Origin: Octopus bimaculoides
Taxonomy: Eukaryota
Direction of reading: 5' to 3'
NCBI RefSeq assembly: GCF_001194135.2
Contig: NC_068987.1
Location: forward strand, 61,795,072-61,836,119
DNA length: 41,048 nt
Position numbers and translations under genes: made by a program. Every line of letters begins with the position of its first letter. Position 1 is the first letter of the stretch. Under the pieces are notes generated by a model. That model did not search any database. It had not been told where the DNA came from and saw only the letters and a program-made list of their open reading frames with translations. Below, piece after piece: positions 22,527 to 32,798 of the stretch.

Positions 22527-22850
22527 TGTGAAGGCATGTGGCTGAGTGGTTTGGCTATTCAGCTCATGATGATAAGGTTGTGAGTTTAATTCCTGATGGC
22601 ATGTTGTATCCTTGAGCAAGGCACTTTATATCATATTACTTATGTTACTCAGTCCAATCAGCTGGCATAAATGAGTTGTACCTGTAATTCAAAGGGCCAG
22701 CCTTGTCCCATTCTGTGTCATTCTGAATCTCCCTGAGAACTATATTTTGGGTATGCATGTCAGCCACTTGCATGTTGATTTCATGAGCAGGCTGTTCCGT
22801 TGATTGGATTGGCTGGAACACACATCATTGTAACCAACAAAATGCCAGTC
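22527..22850 (+). mobile_element. SINE with family D head and family C body/tail
   Basis: Head matches 10120-10202 (minus); TACCTGTAATTCAAAGGGCCAGCCTTG...GAGCAGGCTGTTCCG matches 18830-18990 (minus). Confidence 0.8.
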
Positions 22851-23287
22851 ATGATAATTAGGTCATTATAAATCATTAGGTATTCACAAATCATGAATCT
22901 GCTTTTGAGTTCTTTGTTTAAAAGTGGTTTTCAAACTGTTCTTTTATTGGTATCCCGAGTTCATTTAATACAGTCATCATTTCTGTCTGTGTATCTGTAG
23001 GGATGTCACGTGTGTTACAAAACTACACACACACACACATACACACACACCTTCATGTGTACATATTCATACACACATACATAGACATATATATAAAAAA
23101 GAATGAAGTAGGTAAAAATAAATAAACTTATAGGGTGTGTTTTCTTACGTCAGATTGTCAGTTTGAGGTCAGATGGTGTCATAAATTTCCTATTACGTAG
23201 AAACACGCATCTCTACACTCCCCTGTCCCATATATATGTATATACACACATACACATGTGCACACTCACTATTTATACACACACACA

Positions 23288-23343
<56 letters not shown>

Positions 23344-24323
23344 CATCATCATCATCAATATTGTTTAACATCCGTTTTCCATGCTAGCATGGGTTGGATG
23401 GTTTGACTGAGGACTGGCAAGCCAGGAGGCTGCACCAGGCTCCAATCTGATTTGGCAAGGTTTCTACAGCTGGATGCCCTTCCTAATGCCAATCACTCTG
23501 AGAGTGTAGTGGATGCTTTTTATGTGCCACCAGCACCGGAGCCGACTGGCATCGGCTACGTTCAGATGGTGCTTTTTCTGTGCTAATGGCGCAGGAGCCA
23601 GTCGGGGCGGTGGGGCTGGCATCGACCACATTCAGATGGTGCTTTTTATGTGTCACTGGCACAGGGAGCCTGTCAGGTAGCACTGGCAATGACCCATACA
23701 TGAATGGTGCTTCTTGTGTGCCACCAGCACAGGAGCCAGTCAGGCGGCACTGGCATCGGCCACAACTACAATTTCCATTTTGTTTTCTATTTGCTTAAAA
23801 TTCTGATTGTGATTTTGATGGCGTGTTGCCCAACGATTCAAAGGTACTTTTTAGATGGGCTGGTTATGTGACACTGTGTAAGCTACAGCTGTGATCTCAC
23901 TTTACTTGTCAGGTCTTCTCAATCACAGCATATCTCCAGAGGTCTCGATCATTGTCTCTATGAAGCCTAACATTCGAAGGTCGTGCTTTACCACCTCATC
24001 CCATATCTTCCTGGGTCTCCCTCTTCCACAGGTTCCTTCCACTGTTAGGGAGTGACACTTCTTCACCCAGCTCTCCTCATCTATACCAGCACATGACCAT
24101 ACCAGTGCAGTCATTTCTCTTGCATACCACATGTGATGCTTGTTATGTCCAACATTTCTTTCAGGGTGCTTACACTGTTGTAAGTGCACACTGACATTAC
24201 ACATCCAGTGGAACATACTAGCTTCATTCTTTTCAAGCTTATGTATGTCCTCAACAGTCATGGCCCATGTTTCACTCCTGTTTAGCATGGCAGTATGCAC
24301 ACCTGCATCATACAGTCTACCTT

Positions 24324-25607
24324 TCACTCTGAGTGAGAGGCCTTTGTTACCAGCAGAGATAGGAGCTTTCTGAACTTTGCCCGGGCTATTCTTATTCTAG
24401 TGGCACCACTCTCAGAGCATCCACCCCCACTACAGACTTGGGCACCTAGGTAACAGAAGCTATCAACTGCTTCTAGTTTCTCCACCTGGCATGTGATGGA
24501 ATCTGTTTTCTGAGCATCTTTGGTGTTTATTGCCCCTGTGCACACAAAAGCTATCATTCCAGTTAACCTTCCTTTGATGTTGCTGCACCTCGTATGCATC
24601 CATAGCTTACACTGGGTACATCTTATGGAGTTTCTACCTACACCTTTTCTACAGATTGAGGGGGGTTTGTGATTTGTTCACTTTCCTACTTACTAGGACT
24701 TTGGGTTTTGCAACATTGACTCTAAGGCCCTTCGATTCTAAACCTTGCTTCTACACCTGAAATTTCTTCTCTAGTGCTGGTAGTGATTCAGCTATGAGAG
24801 CAAGGTCATCAGCATAGAAGAGTTCCCAGGTGCAGCCTGTCTTGAATTCCTCTGTTATTGCCTGGAGGACTATGATGAATAAGAGGGGGCTGAGGACTGA
24901 TCCTTGGCGAACCCCTACTTCTACCCGGAATTCTTCACTATACTTGTTGCTGACCTTTACTTTACTGACAGCATCACTGTACAGGGTCTGTACAGCTCTT
25001 CTTAACCACTCATCTATCCCTAGTCAAAGGCTTTCTCCAAGTCAACAAAAGCCAAGTATAGGGGTTTATCTTTGGCTAAGGATTTCTCTTGCAGTTGCCT
25101 TACCAGAAATATAGCATCAGTGGTGCTTCTACTTGGTACAAAACTGAACTGCGTCTCATTTAAGCAGACTCTCTCCCTAATGAGATGGGCTATGACCCTC
25201 TCTGTGACCTTCATCACCTGATCCAGAAGTTTGATATCCCTGTAGTTATTTCTATCTAAAGTGTCACCTTTACCTTTGTAAAAGTTGACTATGGTGCTGC
25301 TACGCCAGTTATTGGGTACGCCTCCTTTGTGAACTGTCTGATTTACAATACAGGTGACTAGACCATAACCCACACCACCAGATATTTTAGGCATCTCAGC
25401 AGTGATTCCTAATGGGCCAGGGGCTTTTCTTGACTTTTCCTTAATCGCTTCATCTACCTGGATGCTATCGATTCTCGTAGCTGGTCCCTCGACTGGATCA
25501 ACATTTGGCAGGATCTCCTGCTTCCATTCATTCTCCACATTCAGCAGCCTTTCATAAGGTCTAGAAGGGACTTTGCACAAGCCACTGATTTGGTCTGTCG
25601 TGCTCAA
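24324..25607 (-). pseudogene. RTE reverse transcriptase domain (disrupted)
   Basis: RSTTDAIFLVRQLQEK...LYLAFVDLEKAFD, VRQGSVLSPLLF, and YADD at 24805-24816. Confidence 0.92.
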
Positions 25608-25754
25608 TAAGCTATCAGAGAAATTTCCAGTTACCCTCTATGTCACAAATCTGTAGCTCCTCCTCCTTCTCATCAAATTTCTCAATGAGGTTGTCCCTAA
25701 ATCTCTGACCATGTGAAGGGTTCTTAAGCGTCCAAATCCTTCATTTCCGGATTG

Positions 25755-25981
25755 TTTCTTTATTGCCCACAAGGGGCTAAACATAGAGGGGACAAACAAG
25801 GACAGACAAAGGGATTAAGTCGATTACATCGACCCCAGTGCGTAACTGGTACTTAATTTATCGACCCCGAAAGGATGAAAGGCAAAGTCGACCTCGGCGG
25901 AATTTGAACTTCGAACATAATGGCAGACGAAATACCGCTAAGCATTTCACCCGGCGCTCTAATGATTCTGCCAGCTCGCCG
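25755..25981 (-). mobile_element. SINE family B, young, inserted in the RTE with a 17-bp TSD
   Basis: CCTTCATTTCCGGATTG at 25738-25754 and 25982-25998; many intact CpGs. Confidence 0.95.
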
Positions 25982-26153
25982 CCTTCATTTCCGGATTGGT
26001 CTGCTTCTTGGCATCCTTCTGGCCTTGAATCTAAAGTCACTAATGACTAGTCTATTCTGGGGGGTACATTCTTCACCAGGGAGGGTCTTTGTATTTAAGA
26101 GCAACCATGCATCTTGCTGTTTGGTGAGGATGAAATCAATCTGGCTAGCAGAG

Positions 26154-26768
26154 TCACTTGATTGATAGGTTTTCAGGTAGCTTGTCTGGCTTCCTGAAGT
26201 TGGTGTTGCAGATTAATAGGTTGCTTGCATCACAGAACTCCAGTAGCCTAGTTCCCTCTTCATTTCGGTAACCAATTCCATGGCCGCCATGAACACCATG
26301 GAAGATACCAGATTGCCATCTGACATGGCCATTAAAATCTCCAGCCATAAAGATGAGGTCATTGCCAATCATCTTTGAAGTAGCCTGTAGAAGGATATAA
26401 AAGTGGTCCTTCTGATAATTTGGTAGGCCCGCTTGTGAGGCATAGGCAGAGATAATTGTAGCTATACTATTCTGCAAGACTAGCCTTAGCTTAAGCACCC
26501 TATCATGTACCCTAACTACGTCTACGAACCTATCCACCCATTTCTCTGAAAGGAGTATGCCTACACCCCCTACTCCATCACTGTTACCTTCCCAGAAGAT
26601 TTTATACCTATGTGCCTTGCTTGTGAGGACCCTGGCTGAAGCTCCTCTCCACCTTACCTCTTGTATGCAGCATACATTAACATGTTTCCATTGAAGCATC
26701 TCAACAATCTCACTAGACCTACCTTTCAATGTGCCTAAAATCTGGGAAAGGAATGTGGGAGGAGGCAT
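26154..26768 (-). pseudogene. RTE apurinic-like endonuclease domain
   Basis: GTLKGRS.EIVEML..VCCIQEVRWRG...GVGILL...IISAYA.Q...GDFNGHV...NEEGTRLLEFC...LLICNTNF. Confidence 0.92.
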
Positions 26769-27682
26769 GGGAAAGGGAGATATTATACAGCACCTGAAAA
26801 GAAGGTTTCTGTGTTTGTTTGATAGTCATGCTACACCTGTTCTCATGTTTGACCTGTCATCATTCAAATATTCAAGCATGTTAAGATTGTTGCTCCTACC
26901 GGGGGTAGGAGTAAGTGTTAGTGGCTTCGTAAGTATAAGCGTTATGAACGTCATAAATTTAAGCATTACTGGTGCTGCAGATATAAGTATAAATAAATGA
27001 AAGTAAATATGAATATCAATATGCCAAAGTTAGATTAAGTAGGTGGGCTGCTAAACTAGTTGCGTTTGTCCTGGGAGAGAGAGAAGGAGAGGAGGGAGGC
27101 AAAATTGCAGGTATGATAGAGGATACCACTAATGAGGGAGGGTTTTCTGGTGAGAGAAGAGAGATATCCAGTATTGGTGGTGAGGGCGGGAATGGGTGGG
27201 TGCACCATGAACAAGCAAGGGTTATTTAAGAGATAGTATGAAAAAATATGTAGCCAACATGGAAGGAGGAAAGGAGAACTAAAGGTATTAGAGAGATTTC
27301 ATTTGGAAATTACATGAAGAATTAAGGAGAAAACTAAAGCTGAAAGAGAGAGAGATTAGGAAGTTATATATTGAAGAGTCAATTTAAATAATTAGCTTAT
27401 GAGAGTACATATTAGTAAATAATGCATATTAATAATGAATGAATGAATGAAAAGATTGAAAAAAATGAGAGAATATCTTAGCTTAGTAGTGCATTACTGG
27501 GTGCCAATAGACACCAACACTGGAATGAGTTGCATGAAAATCTGATATGTATATGGTATATTCTGTTAAGAACATAGTGCAGTATAAAGTTTGTCCACCT
27601 TCAGATTTATCCAGTGCTATCCAGTAGTAGTATTATACGTACTTCCAGGTTTGCATTTGGGCTTCTGTTGTGTGGGAATAGA

Positions 27683-27974
27683 TAACTAAAAAAATTGGAG
27701 TGAACAAGAAGGAGTTGGTTGGACATTTATTTTTGAATCACTACAATTGTTTCCACATAACGTAGTTCTCCAGGCATGCTGGTACTCAATCATGCAACTG
27801 CTTCCCTGCATTATAAGATCTAGCTGAGATCAGGTGAGGAAGCACAACTAGATTTCATGGGCATAATCAAGTACCTGTATGTCTTCGGGACTATTTTGCG
27901 TGGAAACAATTGTAGTGATTAAAAAATAAATGTTCAACCATACTCCTTCTTGTTGACTTCAATTTTTTCAGTTA
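27683..27974. mobile_element. ~290-bp foldback element (arms of about 118 bp); MITE or inverted retroelement termini
   Basis: TAACTAAAAAAATTGGAGTGAACAAGAAGGAG...AATCACTACAATTGTTTCCAC...GGTACTCAATCATGC is matched by the reverse complement of the right arm. Confidence 0.8.
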
Positions 27975-27988
27975 TATATACATAAATA

Positions 27989-28857
27989 CAAGGTGTGATG
28001 AATAAATTGTCATTTAGATTACACAAAAATGAAAACAACACTGATGTCTCATTTTAACAGATATATTTAACAAAATTACATAAAAATATCTTGAAATACT
28101 AAAGAGTAAATTTATTTAATAAAATCACCATTGGCTTTAACCATTGCTTCCAGATGATTTTGGAATCTCCTACAACTCTTCTGGATGGTCTCCTTGTTTA
28201 AGTTGGTGAATACCGCCATAATCCTTGCCTTTAATTCATCTTTGGTTTTACAAGGAGTTTTGTTGGTCTCTGGCTCAACTGTGCCCCACTCATAATAATC
28301 AAGGGAGTTAGGTGGCCAGATGTTAGGGGCGATTTGGTCACAGAAACTGTCTGACAGCCATGACTGGGTTCTCCTGCTTGTGTAGCATGGTGCAGAGCCC
28401 TTTTGCCAGACATAGGGTCTTCCAGCAGGCACACTCTTGACCCAGGGCAGTACTACCTCCTCTAGGCACTTGATGTAGGCCTCTGTGTTGAGTATGAGAC
28501 TGTGTGGGAAGATGAATGGAGGCATAACATCACCGTCACTAGTGATCACTCCAAATACCATAATGTTGATTGGATGTTTGATTTTTATCACTCTTGGTAC
28601 ATGTCCTCAGACTGCACTGTCCACAGATTGACACCTAAACACTCTGAAATGTTCATATTAGAGCTTCTTGTGTAAATGCCAAGCAGTACAGCATCTCATT
28701 TCCAAATTTCTGGCAGAGTGAATTGTGTCATGGTGCTGTTTTTTTCTCAGATGGTGCCCAACTGACCCTACTATGTGTAGTTGACAAAATCAAAAACAAA
28801 CAATGCACATGCACAAAATAAAAAATATAAAATGGCGACAATTTACTCATCACACCC

Positions 28858-28859
<2 letters not shown>
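27989..28859 (-). mobile_element. Internally deleted maT/Bmmar1-like (DD37D-type) transposon
   Basis: TA|CA(A/G)GGTGTGATGA(A/G)TAAATTGTC TIRs. ORF 28112-28591 gives MVFGVITSDG...WPPNS-LDYY. The spacing of 32 is consistent with DD37D if the 5 residues PDxNP are missing. N-terminus (ATG 28731) is joined to the catalytic region near 28612. Confidence 0.85.
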
Positions 28860-28892
<33 letters not shown>

Positions 28893-28894
28893 CC

Positions 28895-29091
28895 GTGTGT
28901 ATATTGTTGGCAATTTTCTTTCTCCGTCTTCCTTTCTTTGGACTTTTTCTATATTTCTGATGAAGAGCTCTGCTTGAGACGTGAAATCTTCTTTCTTTTC
29001 TTTCCTTTTCTGAGCGTCCAATAACACTGTACTTATTCCATGTCCTTGCATTGTTGTTGTTTTTTCTTGCTTGTTCATGTCTGGATCGACT
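28895..29091 (+). mobile_element. Hammerhead-bearing mini-element, family P1
   Basis: Homologous to 40084-40279 (minus); flanked by (TG)n and (TA)n. Confidence 0.8.
28953..28987 (+). ncRNA. Degenerate minimal type-I hammerhead ribozyme motif
   Basis: ATTT-CTGATGA-A-GAGC-TCT-GCTT-GAGA-CG-TG-AAAT; stems I and II pair; deviates at A14 and H17. Confidence 0.55.
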
Positions 29092-29105
29092 ATATATATA
29101 TACAT

Positions 29106-29892
29106 ACAATTTTATTGAAACAAATACATGTTCTTTATTACATGGGAAAATGAAAGTATATCTTCATATTTCAATATAAGTGCTGGTGGCATGAACCAGT
29201 TTCCTCAAACAGCCAGGATATCATCTGCGATATCATTGAAAACCTCCTGAATCCATGTCTCCAAGTCCTCCAGTGAGCAAGGTTTTGTCTTGTGCACCTC
29301 CTCTTTTTTGTAACGCCACAGGTAAAAATCACATGGAGTGAGATCTGGACTTCTCCAGTCACAGTCTTCAGGTTTTAGCTCCTGCATGTAATGGGGTTTC
29401 CACAGATGAAAATTCAATTCTTTATGCAACACAATAGGTATTATGTGTCTTGTTAGTCCACTTTCACAAGCTGCTTGAAGTGTTGATTTTTGCGAGCTGC
29501 GATTAAACATTTCCTGCACTGTTGCCACGTCCTCCGCTGATTTGGATGTGGATGGATGGCCACTTCTTCTTGCATCATTCACAGAGCCCTTGGTCATCAG
29601 CTTTGCATGCCAACTTTTTATTGTCTCTGGACATAGTGTTGCATGCTTACCTTTTCATGAACACTACCATCTCTGAACCAAAACAATGGAATTCTACACT
29701 TCATAGCGTGCTGCTGTCTTAGCTCACTCCTGAATAGTCAAGTAACCAGCCATCTGGAAAATAAGAAATATGACAATAAGAAATCCTCGTTAGTGTTGTC
29801 TGTTAAAAAAAAAAATGTTTTCGTCATGACTTCAGTGATATTAAAAATTCTATAAGCAATTTCTGAAGCCTAGTTACTTTCCACCCACCCTG
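29106..29892 (-). mobile_element. Internally deleted rosa/VS-like (DD41D-type) mariner relic; one TIR missing
   Basis: ATG 29753 MAGYLTIQE...GSVNDA.RSG.PSTSKS...QELKPEDCD joined directly to WRSPDLTPCDFYLW. One TIR-like end, CAGGGTGGGTGGAAAGTAAC, ends at 29892. DD spacing cannot be counted. Confidence 0.75.
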
Positions 29893-29913
29893 TGTGTGTG
29901 TGTATATATATAT

Positions 29914-29960
<47 letters not shown>

Positions 29961-30032
29961 CTTACATATATATGTGTACTTACATATATATGTGTATATA
30001 TACACACACACACACACACACACTCACACACA

Positions 30033-30200
30033 GAGGATGGTTATTTTCTAGTTCCTTCCGTTGAATCCACTCACAAAACCTTCATTGACTTAGAGTTATA
30101 GTAGAAGACACTTGTCCAAGGTGCCATGCAATTGGGACTGAACTCAAGGCCACATTGGTTGGGAAACAAGTTTCTTAACCATACAGCCACACCTGCACCT

Positions 30201-30201
<1 letters not shown>
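30033..30201 (-). mobile_element. SINE family A, 5' half
   Basis: GTAGAAGACACTTGTCCAAGGTGCCATGCAATTGGGACTGAACTC...CCATACAGCCACACCTGCACC. Confidence 0.85.
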
Positions 30202-30231
<30 letters not shown>

Positions 30232-30994
30232 TATGTATATATGCGTTTGTGTATGTGTGTACATATGTGTATATACATATATGTATATGGATGTATATAT
30301 ATATGTATAAAAAGAAATTGTGTTTTCATATTTTCTCTGTTAAATATGATTTTTTTTTTCTATTTCATTTTAGCTTTAAAAATAATTGAAGTTTTTTCAC
30401 TTCACTAACACTGTTAATGTCCTTCAGAAATGCTTCAGCGTGTTAAAATCCTATTCCCCTAATTCTATCAATTTGAGACCTTATGAAAGAAATCAATATA
30501 TTGTATTTAAAAAAACAAACGAAAAGTAAACCCAATTTTACTTTTAATTTCTTTTCGATTTACAAATAATCTGGCTTGGATGGAAATAAAGATATTTAAA
30601 TATTCTAACTACAGTTTCTAATTAGTATTTGTTTCACTCATATATGAATGGAATTGGTTTTCTGAGGTGCAATCAATATCATTAATAATTGTAGAGATTT
30701 AACTGGTGCTAGATTTTTAAGTTCGATATATAAAGTAAATGTGTACAAGTAATATGATTATATATAGACGTTATTAAAACAACACTTATCTTGTATTGTG
30801 TGTGTGTGTGTGTCTATATATATTTTTACATAACAAGTAGGTGACCCATATCGAGAAAGATTATTTTTGTGGATAAAAGTAGTTGCTCTCAGGATACTGT
30901 TTCTCGAGAGAAAAACAATGTAAACTAAAACAATACAATCAGTAAAAGGTGTATCATAACATAAATTGTTTTAGTCATTTTGACCAAATGTGTG

Positions 30995-31064
<70 letters not shown>

Positions 31065-31167
31065 TATATGTGTGTCTATATATCTGTATCGCATACATAT
31101 ACATAATGTGATACAGATTTATGAACCACTGACCAATTATACATACTTACATATATATACATATATA

Positions 31168-31466
31168 NNNNNNNNNNNNNNNNNNNNNNNNNNNNNNNNN
31201 NNNNNNNNNNNNNNNNNNNNNNNNNNNNNNNNNNNNNNNNNNNNNNNNNNNNNNNNNNNNNNNNNNNNNNNNNNNNNNNNNNNNNNNNNNNNNNNNNNNN
31301 NNNNNNNNNNNNNNNNNNNNNNNNNNNNNNNNNNNNNNNNNNNNNNNNNNNNNNNNNNNNNNNNNNNNNNNNNNNNNNNNNNNNNNNNNNNNNNNNNNNN
31401 NNNNNNNNNNNNNNNNNNNNNNNNNNNNNNNNNNNNNNNNNNNNNNNNNNNNNNNNNNNNNNNNNN
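31168..31466. other. Assembly gap; others at 32300-32584, 35325-35339, 37714-37944, 39377-39726
   Basis: N runs, each abutting TA-rich simple sequence on at least one side. Confidence 0.99.
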
Positions 31467-31504
31467 ATATATATATATATATATAATAAGAGTAGTAGTA
31501 TATT

Positions 31505-32230
31505 TAGAAGGTTGTTTGTTGTGGCCAGTCAAAGAGTGCCCATTGACTTTGCACCTATAGAATGCTTAGCTGTGTAGGTGACTTGTCAGACTTTTTGGCC
31601 TGAGGCACATAATGTCTCTGACACTTTAGGAAGAAACATGTCTTGGTCAGTTAAGGTTGTTCCAGGTTTTTTTTTTTTACAACTTTAACTGACCTAAACA
31701 TATTCCTTCCTCCAGTTGTAGAGATGTTATGTGCCCCCTGCCAATGAATCTCAAGAGTTGTCTATATTGCTAAGAGTGTTATTAGGTGCAAAACCAATGG
31801 TTGCTCTCTGACTTGGCCATTACACACAACCTACTTCAAGATTGCCTAAATTCTTCTGACAATGTCTTCTCTTTAGTTCTGTCCACATTTGCTTGATGAT
31901 ATTTAAGTCAAGGCTCTGAGCTGGCCAATCTTTCAGTACGGTAACACCATCAGCTAGACACTAGTGTGTTGCATGTGATCTGTGGCATGGGACTCTGTCA
32001 TGCCAAAAAATGTCACCTTCGTTCAAGTCTGATATCAAACTGTCCATCAGCAACTGGATGTATTTGGCACTATTCAAGTTACCATCAATTTTAACCAACT
32101 TTCTTGAACCATCACTTTGTATATCCCCAAAGCATCAGACTCTTACCCCCCAAACTTCACTGTTTTCGTCATGTAACGTGGGTTGTTTGACTTTCTTGGA
32201 GGCCTTCTGACAAATTCTTGCTTATTAGAA
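31505..32230 (-). pseudogene. Tc1-like (DD34E spacing) transposase relic; catalytic half lies upstream of an apparent N-terminal half
   Basis: 31834-32230 gives FVRRP...PRYMTKTVKFGG.SLMLWG...HDRVPCH...WPAQSLDLNII(K), with 34 residues between D and the E position. 31505-31833 gives SQRA..GFAPN.TLSNI...RNMFRSVK..KK(N)PGTTLTD...VSETLCASG. Confidence 0.75.
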
Positions 32231-32238
32231 TATGTATA

Positions 32239-32299
<61 letters not shown>

Positions 32300-32607
32300 N
32301 NNNNNNNNNNNNNNNNNNNNNNNNNNNNNNNNNNNNNNNNNNNNNNNNNNNNNNNNNNNNNNNNNNNNNNNNNNNNNNNNNNNNNNNNNNNNNNNNNNNN
32401 NNNNNNNNNNNNNNNNNNNNNNNNNNNNNNNNNNNNNNNNNNNNNNNNNNNNNNNNNNNNNNNNNNNNNNNNNNNNNNNNNNNNNNNNNNNNNNNNNNNN
32501 NNNNNNNNNNNNNNNNNNNNNNNNNNNNNNNNNNNNNNNNNNNNNNNNNNNNNNNNNNNNNNNNNNNNNNNNNNNNNNNNNNNNATATATATATATATAT
32601 ACACATA

Positions 32608-32798
32608 TAGTGAGAATTTACAAAAAGACAAAGGACGGAGACGGGTGTGTAAACAACAAACAGATGTATTAGTTTAATGTTCAGGAAGTGAGAAAGCCTT
32701 TTACGTTTTGAGCCTATGCTCTTCAACAGAAAGGAACACAGAAATAATCAGGGAGAGAAAATAGAAAAACGTTTAGTGACTAGCAATTTATCATGGCG
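32608..32798 (-). mobile_element. Hammerhead-bearing mini-element, family P2
   Basis: About 190 bp; 3' part matches 4632-4746; ends in (TA)n. Confidence 0.8.
32697..32734 (-). ncRNA. Degenerate minimal type-I hammerhead ribozyme motif
   Basis: CCTTT-CTGTTGA-A-GAGC-ATAG-GCTC-AAAA-CG-TA-AAAGG; perfect 5-bp stem I and 4-bp stem II; deviates at A6 and G12. Confidence 0.55.

Larger units (their letters stand above)
23342..27030 (-). mobile_element. Near full-length decayed RTE-clade LINE (5' UTR may extend to about 27500)
   Basis: Ordered domains: APE endonuclease, RT, PHD-like finger, C-terminal RGRPRK.WDEVV, 3' UTR repeats, (GAT)n tail at 23342-23357; multiple stops and frameshifts. Confidence 0.93.

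Noticed and set aside
26880-26915. 2A-like ribosomal skipping peptide in the RTE leader (TPTPGR)
   Set aside because: Lacks the D-x-E-x-N-P-G-P consensus.
27480-27560. HDV-like ribozyme at the RTE 5' end (known from some RTE elements)
   Set aside because: Only one small hairpin (GGTGTC-TATT-GGCACC, minus strand) is visible; I could not build the nested double pseudoknot by eye.
27740-27780. Hammerhead in the foldback arm (CTGGAGA...GGAAACAATTGTA)
   Set aside because: Stems I and II do not pair properly, and the other arm lacks the CTGANGA core.
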